DNA from: Acidimicrobiia bacterium
Lineage (GTDB): Bacteria; Actinomycetota; Acidimicrobiia; Acidimicrobiales; Bin134
Assembly (NCBI GenBank): GCA_022821105.1
Contig: JAJEEH010000019.1
Location: forward strand, 1 to 63,014
Length of the DNA stretch: 63,014 nt
Direction of reading: 5' to 3'
The position numbers and the translations under genes were made by a program. Below, piece after piece: positions 29,572 through 38,114 of this stretch (position 1 is the first letter of the stretch; each line of letters starts with the position of its first letter). A model generated the notes under the pieces. It was not told the DNA's origin and ran no database searches. It was given only the letters and a program-made list of their open reading frames with translations.

Positions 29572-30528
29572 ATGACCATTCGCCAGCGCTGGTTCCGCAT
29601 TGGGTCGTTGGCCGTGGCTGTCGCTCTTGCCCTTTCGATGGCTGGCTCCTCGGCCGGCGGACAGGCCCCCGATGAGCGGGATGCCCTGATTGCCCGTCAG
29701 CAGGCGCTGATCGACGAGCAGGAGACACTGATCACCGCCCAAGAGGCGCTGCTCAACGAGTACCGATGCCGGTTCGCCATCGACACCCAGCTGGTGCCCA
29801 ATGGCTGCCCTGAACAGGCCCGACCCACACCTACACCCACCGCCACGCCGACTCCGTCGGCATCGCCTACCGCTACTGCGTCCCCTACCCCGACAGCCAC
29901 CCCAACCCCGGCACCGACCACCTTGCCTGACCCGAACATCCCCGCAGGCACTACCGAGGAGCAGTGGGAGCAACTCCGCCAGTGCAATGCCAACGGCAAC
30001 TACCGGCACGCCAACTCCAATGGAATCCACTTCGGTGCCTACGAGTTCAGACAAACCAGCTGGGACGACCTAGCCCGCCGCCACTACCCCCGCCTGGTCG
30101 GCGTCAATCCCCGCGACGCCGCCCCCGCCGACCAGGATCGCATGGCCTACGCCCTCTACGAGGAGCGGGGTTGGGCGCCGTGGCCCAGCTGCGGGCCATC
30201 AACCCAGCCAGGAGACAACACCCCGACGGACCCAACTGGATTGCCGCCGATTCCGGCAGGCACCACCCAAGCCCAGTGGGATCACCTCATCTCATGCGAG
30301 TCGGGAGGCAACTACCGGGCTTACAACCCCGCAGGTCCGTACCTGGGCGCCTTCCAATTCAACCAGTCCACTTGGAACGGCGTGGCCGGCCGCCACTATC
30401 CCCGTCTGCAAGGGGTTGACCCCCGCGACGCCTCCCCCGCCGACCAGCACCGCATGGCCTACGCCCTCTACGAGGAGCGGGGTTGGCAGCCCTGGCCCGC
30501 CTGCGGCGCGCCATTCCGGTCGTCCTAA
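29572..30528 (+). CDS. Secreted protein with two tandem Rpf-like transglycosylase domains
   Basis: Signal peptide, a coiled-coil segment and a Pro/Thr linker (29824..29922). Two 104-aa repeats follow (29938..30249 and 30250..30507), each ending ...MAYALYEERGW.PWP.CG. The second repeat carries CESGGN. Confidence 0.7.
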   Translation: MTIRQRWFRIGSLAVAVALALSMAGSSAGGQAPDERDALIARQQALIDEQETLITAQEALLNEYRCRFAIDTQLVPNGCPEQARPTPTPTATPTPSASPTATASPTPTATPTPAPTTLPDPNIPAGTTEEQWEQLRQCNANGNYRHANSNGIHFGAYEFRQTSWDDLARRHYPRLVGVNPRDAAPADQDRMAYALYEERGWAPWPSCGPSTQPGDNTPTDPTGLPPIPAGTTQAQWDHLISCESGGNYRAYNPAGPYLGAFQFNQSTWNGVAGRHYPRLQGVDPRDASPADQHRMAYALYEERGWQPWPACGAPFRSS

Positions 30529-30607
30529 CGGTCGCTCTGCTGGCCTACTGTGGCACCGCTAGCACCCGATACCATCGTCCCGCTCGAACAGTTGAGGGAG
30601 ACCGCGG

Positions 30608-31555
30608 ATGCGAGGCATGAGAATTGGGGCGATGGCCGCCGAGGGCACCGGCGACCCGCCGGTGCCGGGGATGAGCGGGCCTCCCGGACTGGATGAGATA
30701 ACCGAGAACGCTCAGCGGTTCGAGGCGCTGGGGCTGGACACGGCGTGGATCGCCAACATCGAGATCGACGCCGTCACCGCATCGGCGGTGGTGGGCACCG
30801 CCACGAGCCACATCGAGATCGCTACCGGGGTGACTCCCACCCCCATGCGCCACCCCTTCGCCCTGGCCCAGCAGGCCGCCACCGCCCAAGCGGCCTGCGA
30901 CGGGCGGTTCACCCTGGGCATCGGCCTGTGCCACCAGGGGATGGTGGAGAACCTGATGGGTCTGTCCTACGCCCGGCCGGCCCGCCAGATGAAGGAGTAC
31001 CTGGAGATCGCCGGCCCCATGCTGCGAGGCGAGGGCATGAACTACGAGGGCGAGATCTACACCACCCGCTGGCGGGGCCTGTCGCATGCCCCTCCCACCG
31101 AGATCATCGTGGCCGCCATGGGGCCGATCATGTTGGGCCACGCCGGGCGGCTGGCCAGCGGCACCTTCGTGTGGGCCACAGGGCCCAACACGCTGGCCGA
31201 CTACGTGGTTCCCACCATCAGCGCCGCGGCCACAGATGCCGGGCGTCCCCAGCCGAGGGTGGCGGCCGGATTCCCCATCTCGGTGGTCGACGACGCCAGC
31301 GCCGGCTATGAGGCCGCGGCCCGCACCTTCGCCCACTACAAGGACATCCCCTCCTATCGAGGCATGCTGGACCGAGAGGGAATGCCAGGCGTGGAGGACC
31401 TGGCCATAACCGGTGACGAGGCCGCGGTGACTGCGCAACTGGAGCGAGTTCGCGACGCCGGCGTCACAGACCTGGTGGCCTTCATCTACGACACCGACGA
31501 CCGATCCCGAGGCCGCACCGAAGCCCTGCTGGGAGAACTGGCCGGCTCAGGCTGA
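30608..31555 (+). CDS. LLM-class (luciferase-like, probably F420-dependent) oxidoreductase
   Basis: 315 aa. A typical LLM pattern (LGLDTAWIANIE..., RFTLGIGLCHQGMVEN). Confidence 0.75.
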   Translation: MRGMRIGAMAAEGTGDPPVPGMSGPPGLDEITENAQRFEALGLDTAWIANIEIDAVTASAVVGTATSHIEIATGVTPTPMRHPFALAQQAATAQAACDGRFTLGIGLCHQGMVENLMGLSYARPARQMKEYLEIAGPMLRGEGMNYEGEIYTTRWRGLSHAPPTEIIVAAMGPIMLGHAGRLASGTFVWATGPNTLADYVVPTISAAATDAGRPQPRVAAGFPISVVDDASAGYEAAARTFAHYKDIPSYRGMLDREGMPGVEDLAITGDEAAVTAQLERVRDAGVTDLVAFIYDTDDRSRGRTEALLGELAGSG

Positions 31556-31819
31556 GCTGAGCAGAGTGATATAGGGCTCGGGGTTGCCGATCCAGCGCAG
31601 GGCCCGCAGCTCTTGGGCGCCGCGCTCTCCGGCCAGCACCGCATGGAGCTCATCTAAGGGCGCTTCGAGCGTGGCCGCGGGCGGCATCCGGTCGGCCACC
31701 CCCACGATCCGGGTCTCGTCGCCGAACCGCAGCACCAGGCCGCGCAACCCGGCGTCCACGATGCGCCGCCCCAGTTCGGCGGCCAGCGCTTCGAACTCCG
31801 GGCCTGCCGTAGCGGTCAA
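31547..31819 (-). CDS. Small hypothetical protein (90 aa)
   Basis: The C-terminal part of shadow ORF 31547..32974. TTG at 31819 overlaps the amidohydrolase stop (TTGA). GC3 is high and it fills an otherwise 260-bp gap. No family recognised. Confidence 0.35.
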   Translation of the reverse strand: MTATAGPEFEALAAELGRRIVDAGLRGLVLRFGDETRIVGVADRMPPAATLEAPLDELHAVLAGERGAQELRALRWIGNPEPYITLLSSA

Positions 31820-33057
31820 ACCGCTGCTCGGTCCCGCAGCTCGGCTGCGGTTGGGATATCCAAGCCCAGCATCCGGATGGCATTGTCCCGGCAGATGGCG
31901 TCCACCTCGGGCTGGGTCAGGTGCGCCATCTGCGAGGCCAGCAGCTCCTTGGAGTGCGGCCAAGTGGAGTCGGAGTGGGGGTAGTCGGTCTCGGTGGTGA
32001 TGGTCTCCAGTCCTATGGCGTCGATGTTGGCCAGACCCACCTTGTCGTCGAAGAAGCACACGAACACGTGATCCCGGTAGTAGGTGGACGGCGGCTCGGG
32101 CACCTTGTCGGCCACCCCGCCCCAGGCGGCGTTCTCCTTCCACACCACGTCCACCCGGTCCAAGATGTACGGCAGCCAGCCCATCTGCCCTTCGGAGTAG
32201 GCCACTTTGAGGCCGCCGAAGCGTACGAACACGCCCGACATCAGGAAGTCCACCAATGAGTAGGTGGCGTTGGAGTGAACTAGCGCCGAGCCCACCGCGC
32301 CGGGGGCATCGGGCGAGGTGGACACCATTTTCGAGGACGACCCGATGTGCATGCACACAACGGTGGCCGTCTCCTCGCAGGCCGCGAAGAACGGGTCCCA
32401 ATACCCGGAGTGGATCGACGGCAAGCCCAGGTTGGGCGGGATCTCCGAGAAGCACACCGCCCGCACCCCCCGCTCGGCGTTGCGCCGAACCTCGGCCGCG
32501 GCCAACTGCACGTCCCACAACGGGATGAGGCACAGCGGAATCAGCCGCCCATCGGAGGGGCCGCACCACTCCTCCACCATCCAGTCGTTGTAGGCCTGCA
32601 CGCACAAAAGGGCCAGATCCATGTCGGAGGCTTCGGCGAAGGCCTGCCCGCAGAACCGGGGGAACGACGGGAAGCACAGCGAGGCCTCCACGTAGCCGAT
32701 GTCCATGTCGGCCAGCCGGGGCGCCACCTGCCAGGCGCCGGGTTGCATCTCCTCGAAGGTGATGCCCACCATCTGGAGCTCGTCGCGGGGGAAGGTCACC
32801 GCCGAATGGGTGCGGACCATCGGATAGTGGAGGTCCTCGTAGTACCAGTACGAGGTGGGCCGGCCCACGCCCTCGGTCCACGAGAAGACGCCCCCCACGT
32901 AGGAGATCTCGCACGGGGCGGTCACCACCCGGGGGCCGATGTCGGCATAGCGAGCCGGCAGCCGGGACTGCCACACATGAGGCGGCTCGATTACGTGGTC
33001 GTCTACCGAGATGATGGGGGGAATCTCGATCCCCGACTCGGCAGCCGACGCAGCCAT
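31816..33057 (-). CDS. Amidohydrolase_2 (ACMSD-like metal-dependent hydrolase/decarboxylase) family protein
   Basis: IISVDDHVIEPPHVW N-terminal HxH-type motif. 413 aa. The ATG overlaps the upstream P450 stop (TAATG). Confidence 0.75.
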   Translation of the reverse strand: MAASAAESGIEIPPIISVDDHVIEPPHVWQSRLPARYADIGPRVVTAPCEISYVGGVFSWTEGVGRPTSYWYYEDLHYPMVRTHSAVTFPRDELQMVGITFEEMQPGAWQVAPRLADMDIGYVEASLCFPSFPRFCGQAFAEASDMDLALLCVQAYNDWMVEEWCGPSDGRLIPLCLIPLWDVQLAAAEVRRNAERGVRAVCFSEIPPNLGLPSIHSGYWDPFFAACEETATVVCMHIGSSSKMVSTSPDAPGAVGSALVHSNATYSLVDFLMSGVFVRFGGLKVAYSEGQMGWLPYILDRVDVVWKENAAWGGVADKVPEPPSTYYRDHVFVCFFDDKVGLANIDAIGLETITTETDYPHSDSTWPHSKELLASQMAHLTQPEVDAICRDNAIRMLGLDIPTAAELRDRAAV

Positions 33058-34292
33058 TACTGCACCGTGATGGGGAACATTCCCAAAGCGCCGTCGCCCT
33101 CGGGCTCGCTCTGGGTGAACTCCACGTTCAGCCCCTCCAGGCCCCGGGTGAACGCCCCAGGACGGTAGCGGGGAGCATAGAAGGGCTCCAGCCTCATGTC
33201 GGGCAACCGCCGGGTGAGCTCCTCGAACATGACCTTGAGCTGAAGCCGGGCCAACGACGCTCCCAAACAGAAGTGGGTGCCGAAACCGAAGGAGAGGTGG
33301 CTGCGGGCGTCGCGGCGCACATCCAGCGCCTCGGGGTTCTCAAACGCCTCGGGGTCGCGGTTGGCCGAGGCGTACATCAACAGCACCTGATCGCCCTCGT
33401 TGAGGGTCTTGCCGTGAAGCTCGTGGGTGGCCGTCACCGTGCGGCGCATGTTCAAGATGGGCGACACGAAGCGGATGAACTCCTCCACCGCGGTCTCGCC
33501 GATCACCTCGGGCTCATCGATGAGGATCTGGCGCTGGTCGGGACTCTCCATCAGCGCCAAACACGTGGTGCCGATCACCGTACGGGTGGTCTCGGCTCCG
33601 CCGTCGAGCACGAGGAGCACCTCGTGCATGATGTCGTCGTCGCTCAGCGGCTGGCCGTCCAGCTCTTTGTGGCACCACATGGAGATGAGGTCGTCTTGGG
33701 GATCGGCCTTGCGCTTCTGCACCAGCTCGTAGGTGGTGCCAGCCCACTCCTCGATGGCACGGTCTCCCTGCACGGTGTGGTAGCCCGGTCCGCCTCCGCC
33801 CTGCATGGTGGCCTCCGACCAGTGCATTACCCGGGGCCACATCTCGGCGGGATAGCCCAGCCGCTCGCCGATCATGTAGGCCGGCAGCGGTGCGGCCAGG
33901 TCGTACACCACGTCGCACCATCCCCGGGGGGCCACCCGGTCGATCAGCTCGGTTACCACCGCCCGGATCTTGTCTTCCTGCTTGCGGACCGCTCGGGGGG
34001 TGAATTCCCGGGCCACCAGCATCCGCTGGCGCTGGTGGTCGGGGTCGTCCATGTTGATCATGGAGTCCGACATCTCGATCTTGGGCCGGCTTCCCGAGGC
34101 CGAGCTGTACAGATCGGTGTCCTTCTCTACCGCCAGCAGGTCGGCATGGCGGGAGACGCCCCAGATCTCGTTCTTCTCGTCCCAGTACACCGGGTCGTTC
34201 TCCCGCAGCCATTCATAGACCGGGAAGGGATCTTGGGCGTACATGTACCCGTCTAGCAGATCAACGGGCTGGGTCACCTCAGCAGTCGCCAT
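33057..34292 (-). CDS. Cytochrome P450
   Basis: ORF trimmed to ATG at 34292 (MATAEVTQPVDLL). Heme motif FGFGTHFCLGASLA. 411 aa. Confidence 0.85.
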   Translation of the reverse strand: MATAEVTQPVDLLDGYMYAQDPFPVYEWLRENDPVYWDEKNEIWGVSRHADLLAVEKDTDLYSSASGSRPKIEMSDSMINMDDPDHQRQRMLVAREFTPRAVRKQEDKIRAVVTELIDRVAPRGWCDVVYDLAAPLPAYMIGERLGYPAEMWPRVMHWSEATMQGGGGPGYHTVQGDRAIEEWAGTTYELVQKRKADPQDDLISMWCHKELDGQPLSDDDIMHEVLLVLDGGAETTRTVIGTTCLALMESPDQRQILIDEPEVIGETAVEEFIRFVSPILNMRRTVTATHELHGKTLNEGDQVLLMYASANRDPEAFENPEALDVRRDARSHLSFGFGTHFCLGASLARLQLKVMFEELTRRLPDMRLEPFYAPRYRPGAFTRGLEGLNVEFTQSEPEGDGALGMFPITVQ

Positions 34293-34321
34293 AAGCGGCG
34301 ATGGTAGTGGGCGCGCTCCGG

Positions 34322-34906
34322 TCAGTCGGAAGCGAGGTTCTCGGCGGCGAACTCCCAGTTGATCAGGTGGTCCAAGACCGCCTCCACATAAGCGGCCCGG
34401 GCGTTCTGGTAGTCGAGGTAGTAGGCGTGCTCCCACACGTCCACCACCAGCAGAGCCCGGCGATCTTCCAGCAGGGGCAGATCGGCGTTGGAGGTCTGCA
34501 CGATGTCGAGCCTGCCGTTGTCGGCTACCAGCCAGGTCCAGCCGGAGCCGAACAACCCCACGGCCGCATCGGCGAACCGGCGGCGGAACTCGTCGGTGGA
34601 GCCGAATGACTCCTCAATGGCCGCCCGAACGGGCCCCGAAGGAGCCCCACCCCCGTCTGGGCTCATCGAATGCCAGTAGAAGGTGTGGTTCCAAATCTGG
34701 GCTGCGTTGTTGAAGATCGCACCCTCGGCCCCCAAAACCACCTTCTCGAGTTCGGCGCCCTCCCACTGGGTGCCGCTGGTCAGGCGGTTCAGGTTGGCCA
34801 CATAGCCGGCGTGGTGCCGCTCATAGTGGAAGCTCACGGTCTCAGCGCTCACATACGGTTCGAGCGCGCTTTGCGGGTATGGAAGGGGAGGAAGCTCAAA
34901 CGCCAT
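34322..34906 (-). CDS. Fe/Mn superoxide dismutase
   Basis: MAFELPPLPY...HYERHHAGYV...DVWEHAYYLDYQN is canonical Fe/Mn-SOD. The start overlaps the upstream amidohydrolase gene by 11 nt. Confidence 0.9.
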   Translation of the reverse strand: MAFELPPLPYPQSALEPYVSAETVSFHYERHHAGYVANLNRLTSGTQWEGAELEKVVLGAEGAIFNNAAQIWNHTFYWHSMSPDGGGAPSGPVRAAIEESFGSTDEFRRRFADAAVGLFGSGWTWLVADNGRLDIVQTSNADLPLLEDRRALLVVDVWEHAYYLDYQNARAAYVEAVLDHLINWEFAAENLASD

Positions 34907-36305
34907 AACGGGCTATTACGGTACCGGCAAAAAAATCGGGATTGATAGCCGTATACATCCGATACGGGTTGTCGAACACAAACGCCCGGAAATCGGCGTC
35001 GGTGATCAGCCCCTCTTCCACCAGACCGTGGGCCTCCTCCATAATCGAGCTGACATCGGTCACGTCCCAGTGGCCGATGTCGGAGGAGAAAACCGCGTTG
35101 AGCTTCACACCGCAGGGGTTGGCCGGGCCGAAGGCCACATGCACCCCCCGGTCGTCGGCTTCGCACCCGAAGTAGAGAGAAGACGCGAACGACTGGGCGA
35201 TTTCCTCGTCGGAGCCCACTCCCAGACGGGTCCACTCGTCGGGCTCTTCAGGCGTTCCCCCGTGGATGGGCATGCCGTGGGCATATGAGGCCAGGTCGTC
35301 ACCGAGGATCTCCCGGAAATCCCCGCCGTAGCGCTCGAAGTACCGGCCCAGCTCATCAAGGTCGAGCAGAGCGGGGTCGAAGTTGCGCTGGATGGCCTCC
35401 CAGCTGCGCTTCTCCCAGTGCTCGATGATGTCGCACAACAGCTGGGTGCCCCACGACACGCCGCACTCCAAGAACACGAACGGCAGCTCGGGAATGCGCC
35501 GGGTGACCCCGCCCAAGAACAAGGCCTTGCACAGCTCATACATAAGGGCTTGGAACTGGCCGATGTGATTGGCGGTATAGCTGGACACGAAGGTGTGGAT
35601 GCCGGGGCGGAAGGCCAAGCCGCCGTGGAAGGTGGCGGCAAAGCCGAGCTCTACGCAGCGGCGCCACACCGGGTCGTAGTCGTAGGCCGAGTCGAGGCCA
35701 TAGCAGTCGAACCAGTGGTGCTGGCCGGGCCACAGCCACCCCGACCGGGTCTGCTGGTCGGGCTCGTCGATGGGCCGCATCACTCCCTCGGCGAACACCA
35801 CCACCTTCAGGCCCAGCGCAGCGCAGTGCTCCAGCTCGGCAATGGCCTCGTCGGGGGTGTGGGCGGGGATGATCCCGGCCATAGCCATGCGATCGGAGTA
35901 GGGGTTGTAGACGTCGGCGTAGAACTCGTTGAAGGCCCGGCACAGGCCGGTGCGGTAGCCGGTGTCTTCCACCGCGCAGCTGGTGAGGGTGTTGGTGGGG
36001 TACAGCACCGAATAGTCGATGCCCACCTCGGGCAGACGCTCATAGAGCAGGGCGGGAAGCATGGCGGTGGCCCGGTCCAGCACATTGGCGGTGTGGGTGC
36101 CCCACCAAGCCCCCTGCGGCGAGCGGTTTCGGCGGCGCTCATCAAGGCTGCGGGCCTTCTGCGAGTTGCGCATGGGAAGACCCTCCGACAGGTATCGCCC
36201 ATACAAATCGGCCCCCAGCACTCGCTCGAGGTGGGGCTGTTGGGCCGCAGTTATCTCCAGCACATGGCCATCGGCATCGATCACCGGGTGGCCGAACCGG
36301 CTCAC
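34896..36305 (-). CDS. Amidohydrolase family protein (469 aa)
   Basis: N-terminal PVIDADGHVLE metal-binding-type motif. A long paralogue of the neighbouring amidohydrolase_2 genes. Confidence 0.7.
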   Translation of the reverse strand: MSRFGHPVIDADGHVLEITAAQQPHLERVLGADLYGRYLSEGLPMRNSQKARSLDERRRNRSPQGAWWGTHTANVLDRATAMLPALLYERLPEVGIDYSVLYPTNTLTSCAVEDTGYRTGLCRAFNEFYADVYNPYSDRMAMAGIIPAHTPDEAIAELEHCAALGLKVVVFAEGVMRPIDEPDQQTRSGWLWPGQHHWFDCYGLDSAYDYDPVWRRCVELGFAATFHGGLAFRPGIHTFVSSYTANHIGQFQALMYELCKALFLGGVTRRIPELPFVFLECGVSWGTQLLCDIIEHWEKRSWEAIQRNFDPALLDLDELGRYFERYGGDFREILGDDLASYAHGMPIHGGTPEEPDEWTRLGVGSDEEIAQSFASSLYFGCEADDRGVHVAFGPANPCGVKLNAVFSSDIGHWDVTDVSSIMEEAHGLVEEGLITDADFRAFVFDNPYRMYTAINPDFFAGTVIARYGV

Positions 36306-36352
36306 CGCAGTCTCCGCGTCACGTCAAGCAGTGAGCCGCAACCGATCTTGGT

Positions 36353-37573
36353 CTACGGGAGGCAGACGTCGGGCAGCGGGTGGCGGAACAGGCGAGCCGC
36401 GTTCTCATGGGTGAGCTTGCGGATCACGTCGTCGCTCAAATGCCCCAGCTTCGACTCCAGAGTGTCCTGGCAATTGGGCCATGTGGAGTCGGCGTGGGGG
36501 TAGTCGGTTTCCACCATGGTGTGGTCGAGGTTCATCGCGATCACCGCGTCGATGGAAGACGGGTCGTTGATGGTGCAGTAGTAGAAGTTGCGCATCAGTA
36601 CTTCGTGGGGGCCGATGTCGGTGCCGCCGGGCCACAAGCTTCGACCGTGGCCGGAGATCTCGATCTGGTGCTTGAGCCGGTCGTACATGATGGGCACCCA
36701 GCCGCATCCTCCCTCCGACATGGCGATCTTGATGTTGGGATAGCGCACCGGGATTCCCGACCACACCCAGTCGGCCGCGGCCGCATAGGCGTGCATCTGG
36801 AACATGGTGGCCCCAACACCAATGGGCGGTCCACCGGGGTCTGTGGGCATGACGTGTCCCGACGACGCCACATGCAGGCAGATCACGGTGTCGGTCTCCT
36901 CGCACGCCCTCCACACCGGCTCCCACCATTCGCTGTGGATGGACGGCAGATCGATGTTGTGGGGAATCTCCGGCAGCGTGACGGCCACGAAACCCCGCTC
37001 GGCGTTGCGGCGGATCTCGGCGGCGGCCAGATCGGCATCCTTCAGCCAGGTGATGCCCATGGGGATGATGCGCTCCGGGTACGAGCCCCACCACTCCTCA
37101 TAAATCCAGTCGTTGAACGCCCGGGTCACCGCCAAGCCCAGCTCTGGATCGGAGCAGTCGGAATAGACCCGGCCGCAAAAGCCGGTGATCTGGCTGGGAA
37201 AGCAGATCGATGCCCAGATGCCGCCCAGGTCCATGTCATGGATGCGGGCCTTGATGTCCCAGGAGCCCCGCCGCATGTCGGAGAAGCGAGCGGGCTCCAT
37301 GGTGAAGTCGTTGCGGTCGGCCCTCCCCACCAGGGCGTTCAGGCCGAGCTGAGCGTAGATCTCGCCGTCGAATTCCCAGTGCTGGCCCCCGTCACCGCTC
37401 TCGACAACCTTCGGCGCCCGATCGGCGAACCGGGCGGGCAGCCGACCCTCGAACAGCCAGGGGGGCTCCACCAGGTGGTCGTCAACCGAGATGAGCGTGT
37501 ACCGGATGCGCTGGGCCTCGGGGTCGGGAAGCAGCAGTTCGCTGGGCTTCTCGTGGATATCGACGATGGTCAT
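36353..37573 (-). CDS. Amidohydrolase_2 family protein
   Basis: LISVDDHLVEPPWLFEGRLPARFADRAPKVV closely parallels gene 31816..33057. 406 aa. Confidence 0.75.
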   Translation of the reverse strand: MTIVDIHEKPSELLLPDPEAQRIRYTLISVDDHLVEPPWLFEGRLPARFADRAPKVVESGDGGQHWEFDGEIYAQLGLNALVGRADRNDFTMEPARFSDMRRGSWDIKARIHDMDLGGIWASICFPSQITGFCGRVYSDCSDPELGLAVTRAFNDWIYEEWWGSYPERIIPMGITWLKDADLAAAEIRRNAERGFVAVTLPEIPHNIDLPSIHSEWWEPVWRACEETDTVICLHVASSGHVMPTDPGGPPIGVGATMFQMHAYAAAADWVWSGIPVRYPNIKIAMSEGGCGWVPIMYDRLKHQIEISGHGRSLWPGGTDIGPHEVLMRNFYYCTINDPSSIDAVIAMNLDHTMVETDYPHADSTWPNCQDTLESKLGHLSDDVIRKLTHENAARLFRHPLPDVCLP

Positions 37574-37651
37574 GGCAGCAGCCTACGGGCCTGGAGGCGA
37601 CCTGCGCTATAAGCCAGCTCCCTTTGGTTCGGATTCCGTGGTCTCGGCGAG

Positions 37652-38029
37652 TCAGTCCAACCCGGCGGCCCTGAATGCCCGGCTGAGCAACGGTGGAACC
37701 TCCCCCACCGCGGCGTCTTCCATGTCCTCCACCATCGCCTCCTCCATATCGGGAAGCCTGAAGGCCCTCGGAGATTCGGAAGAGGCGTCGTCCACCAGCA
37801 CTAGCTCGGGCTCGAAATCGGACTCATCGAATGGGGTCCGCAAGTCCGCCAGGGTCCAGCCCAACGGCACCACAACCGCATCCGCATGATGACGGCACAG
37901 CGGCACACCGGCGATACCGGTGTCGTCTTGGATGTCGATCAACTGCGCCGACAAGTCTCGGGCGTTGATCAACAGGATTGCCGAAGCATGTTCGCCGCAT
38001 GTCGATCGCGCACAAAACCTTGGCGACAT
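37652..38029 (-). CDS. DUF3499 domain protein
   Basis: CARSTCGEHASAIL...PLCRHHAD pattern. A conserved actinobacterial small protein usually found near phosphomannomutase (from memory). Confidence 0.6.
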   Translation of the reverse strand: MSPRFCARSTCGEHASAILLINARDLSAQLIDIQDDTGIAGVPLCRHHADAVVVPLGWTLADLRTPFDESDFEPELVLVDDASSESPRAFRLPDMEEAMVEDMEDAAVGEVPPLLSRAFRAAGLD

Positions 38030-38114
38030 ACTCAGAAAATACTCCCGCCCAAACCAGAATTAACGGATACCCCGGTTGCACCGCATCGCTGGGCGGCAGT
38101 AGATAGGTGAAGAG

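Noticed and set aside
29824-29922. Pro/Thr (PTPTPTATPTPS...) and acidic Ala/Pro/Glu-rich stretches (also about 11070..11190 and 50100..50390) considered as tandem repeats or array-like elements
   Set aside because: These are in-frame low-complexity linkers inside secreted or lipoprotein genes. There is no spacer-repeat periodicity, so they are not CRISPR or satellite DNA.
31820-32974. The upstream ~385 codons of ORF 31547..32974(-)
   Set aside because: This part is out of frame over the well-supported amidohydrolase gene 31816..33057 and reads as Arg/Gly/Pro-rich shadow sequence. Only the distal 90 codons were kept, as a low-confidence gene.
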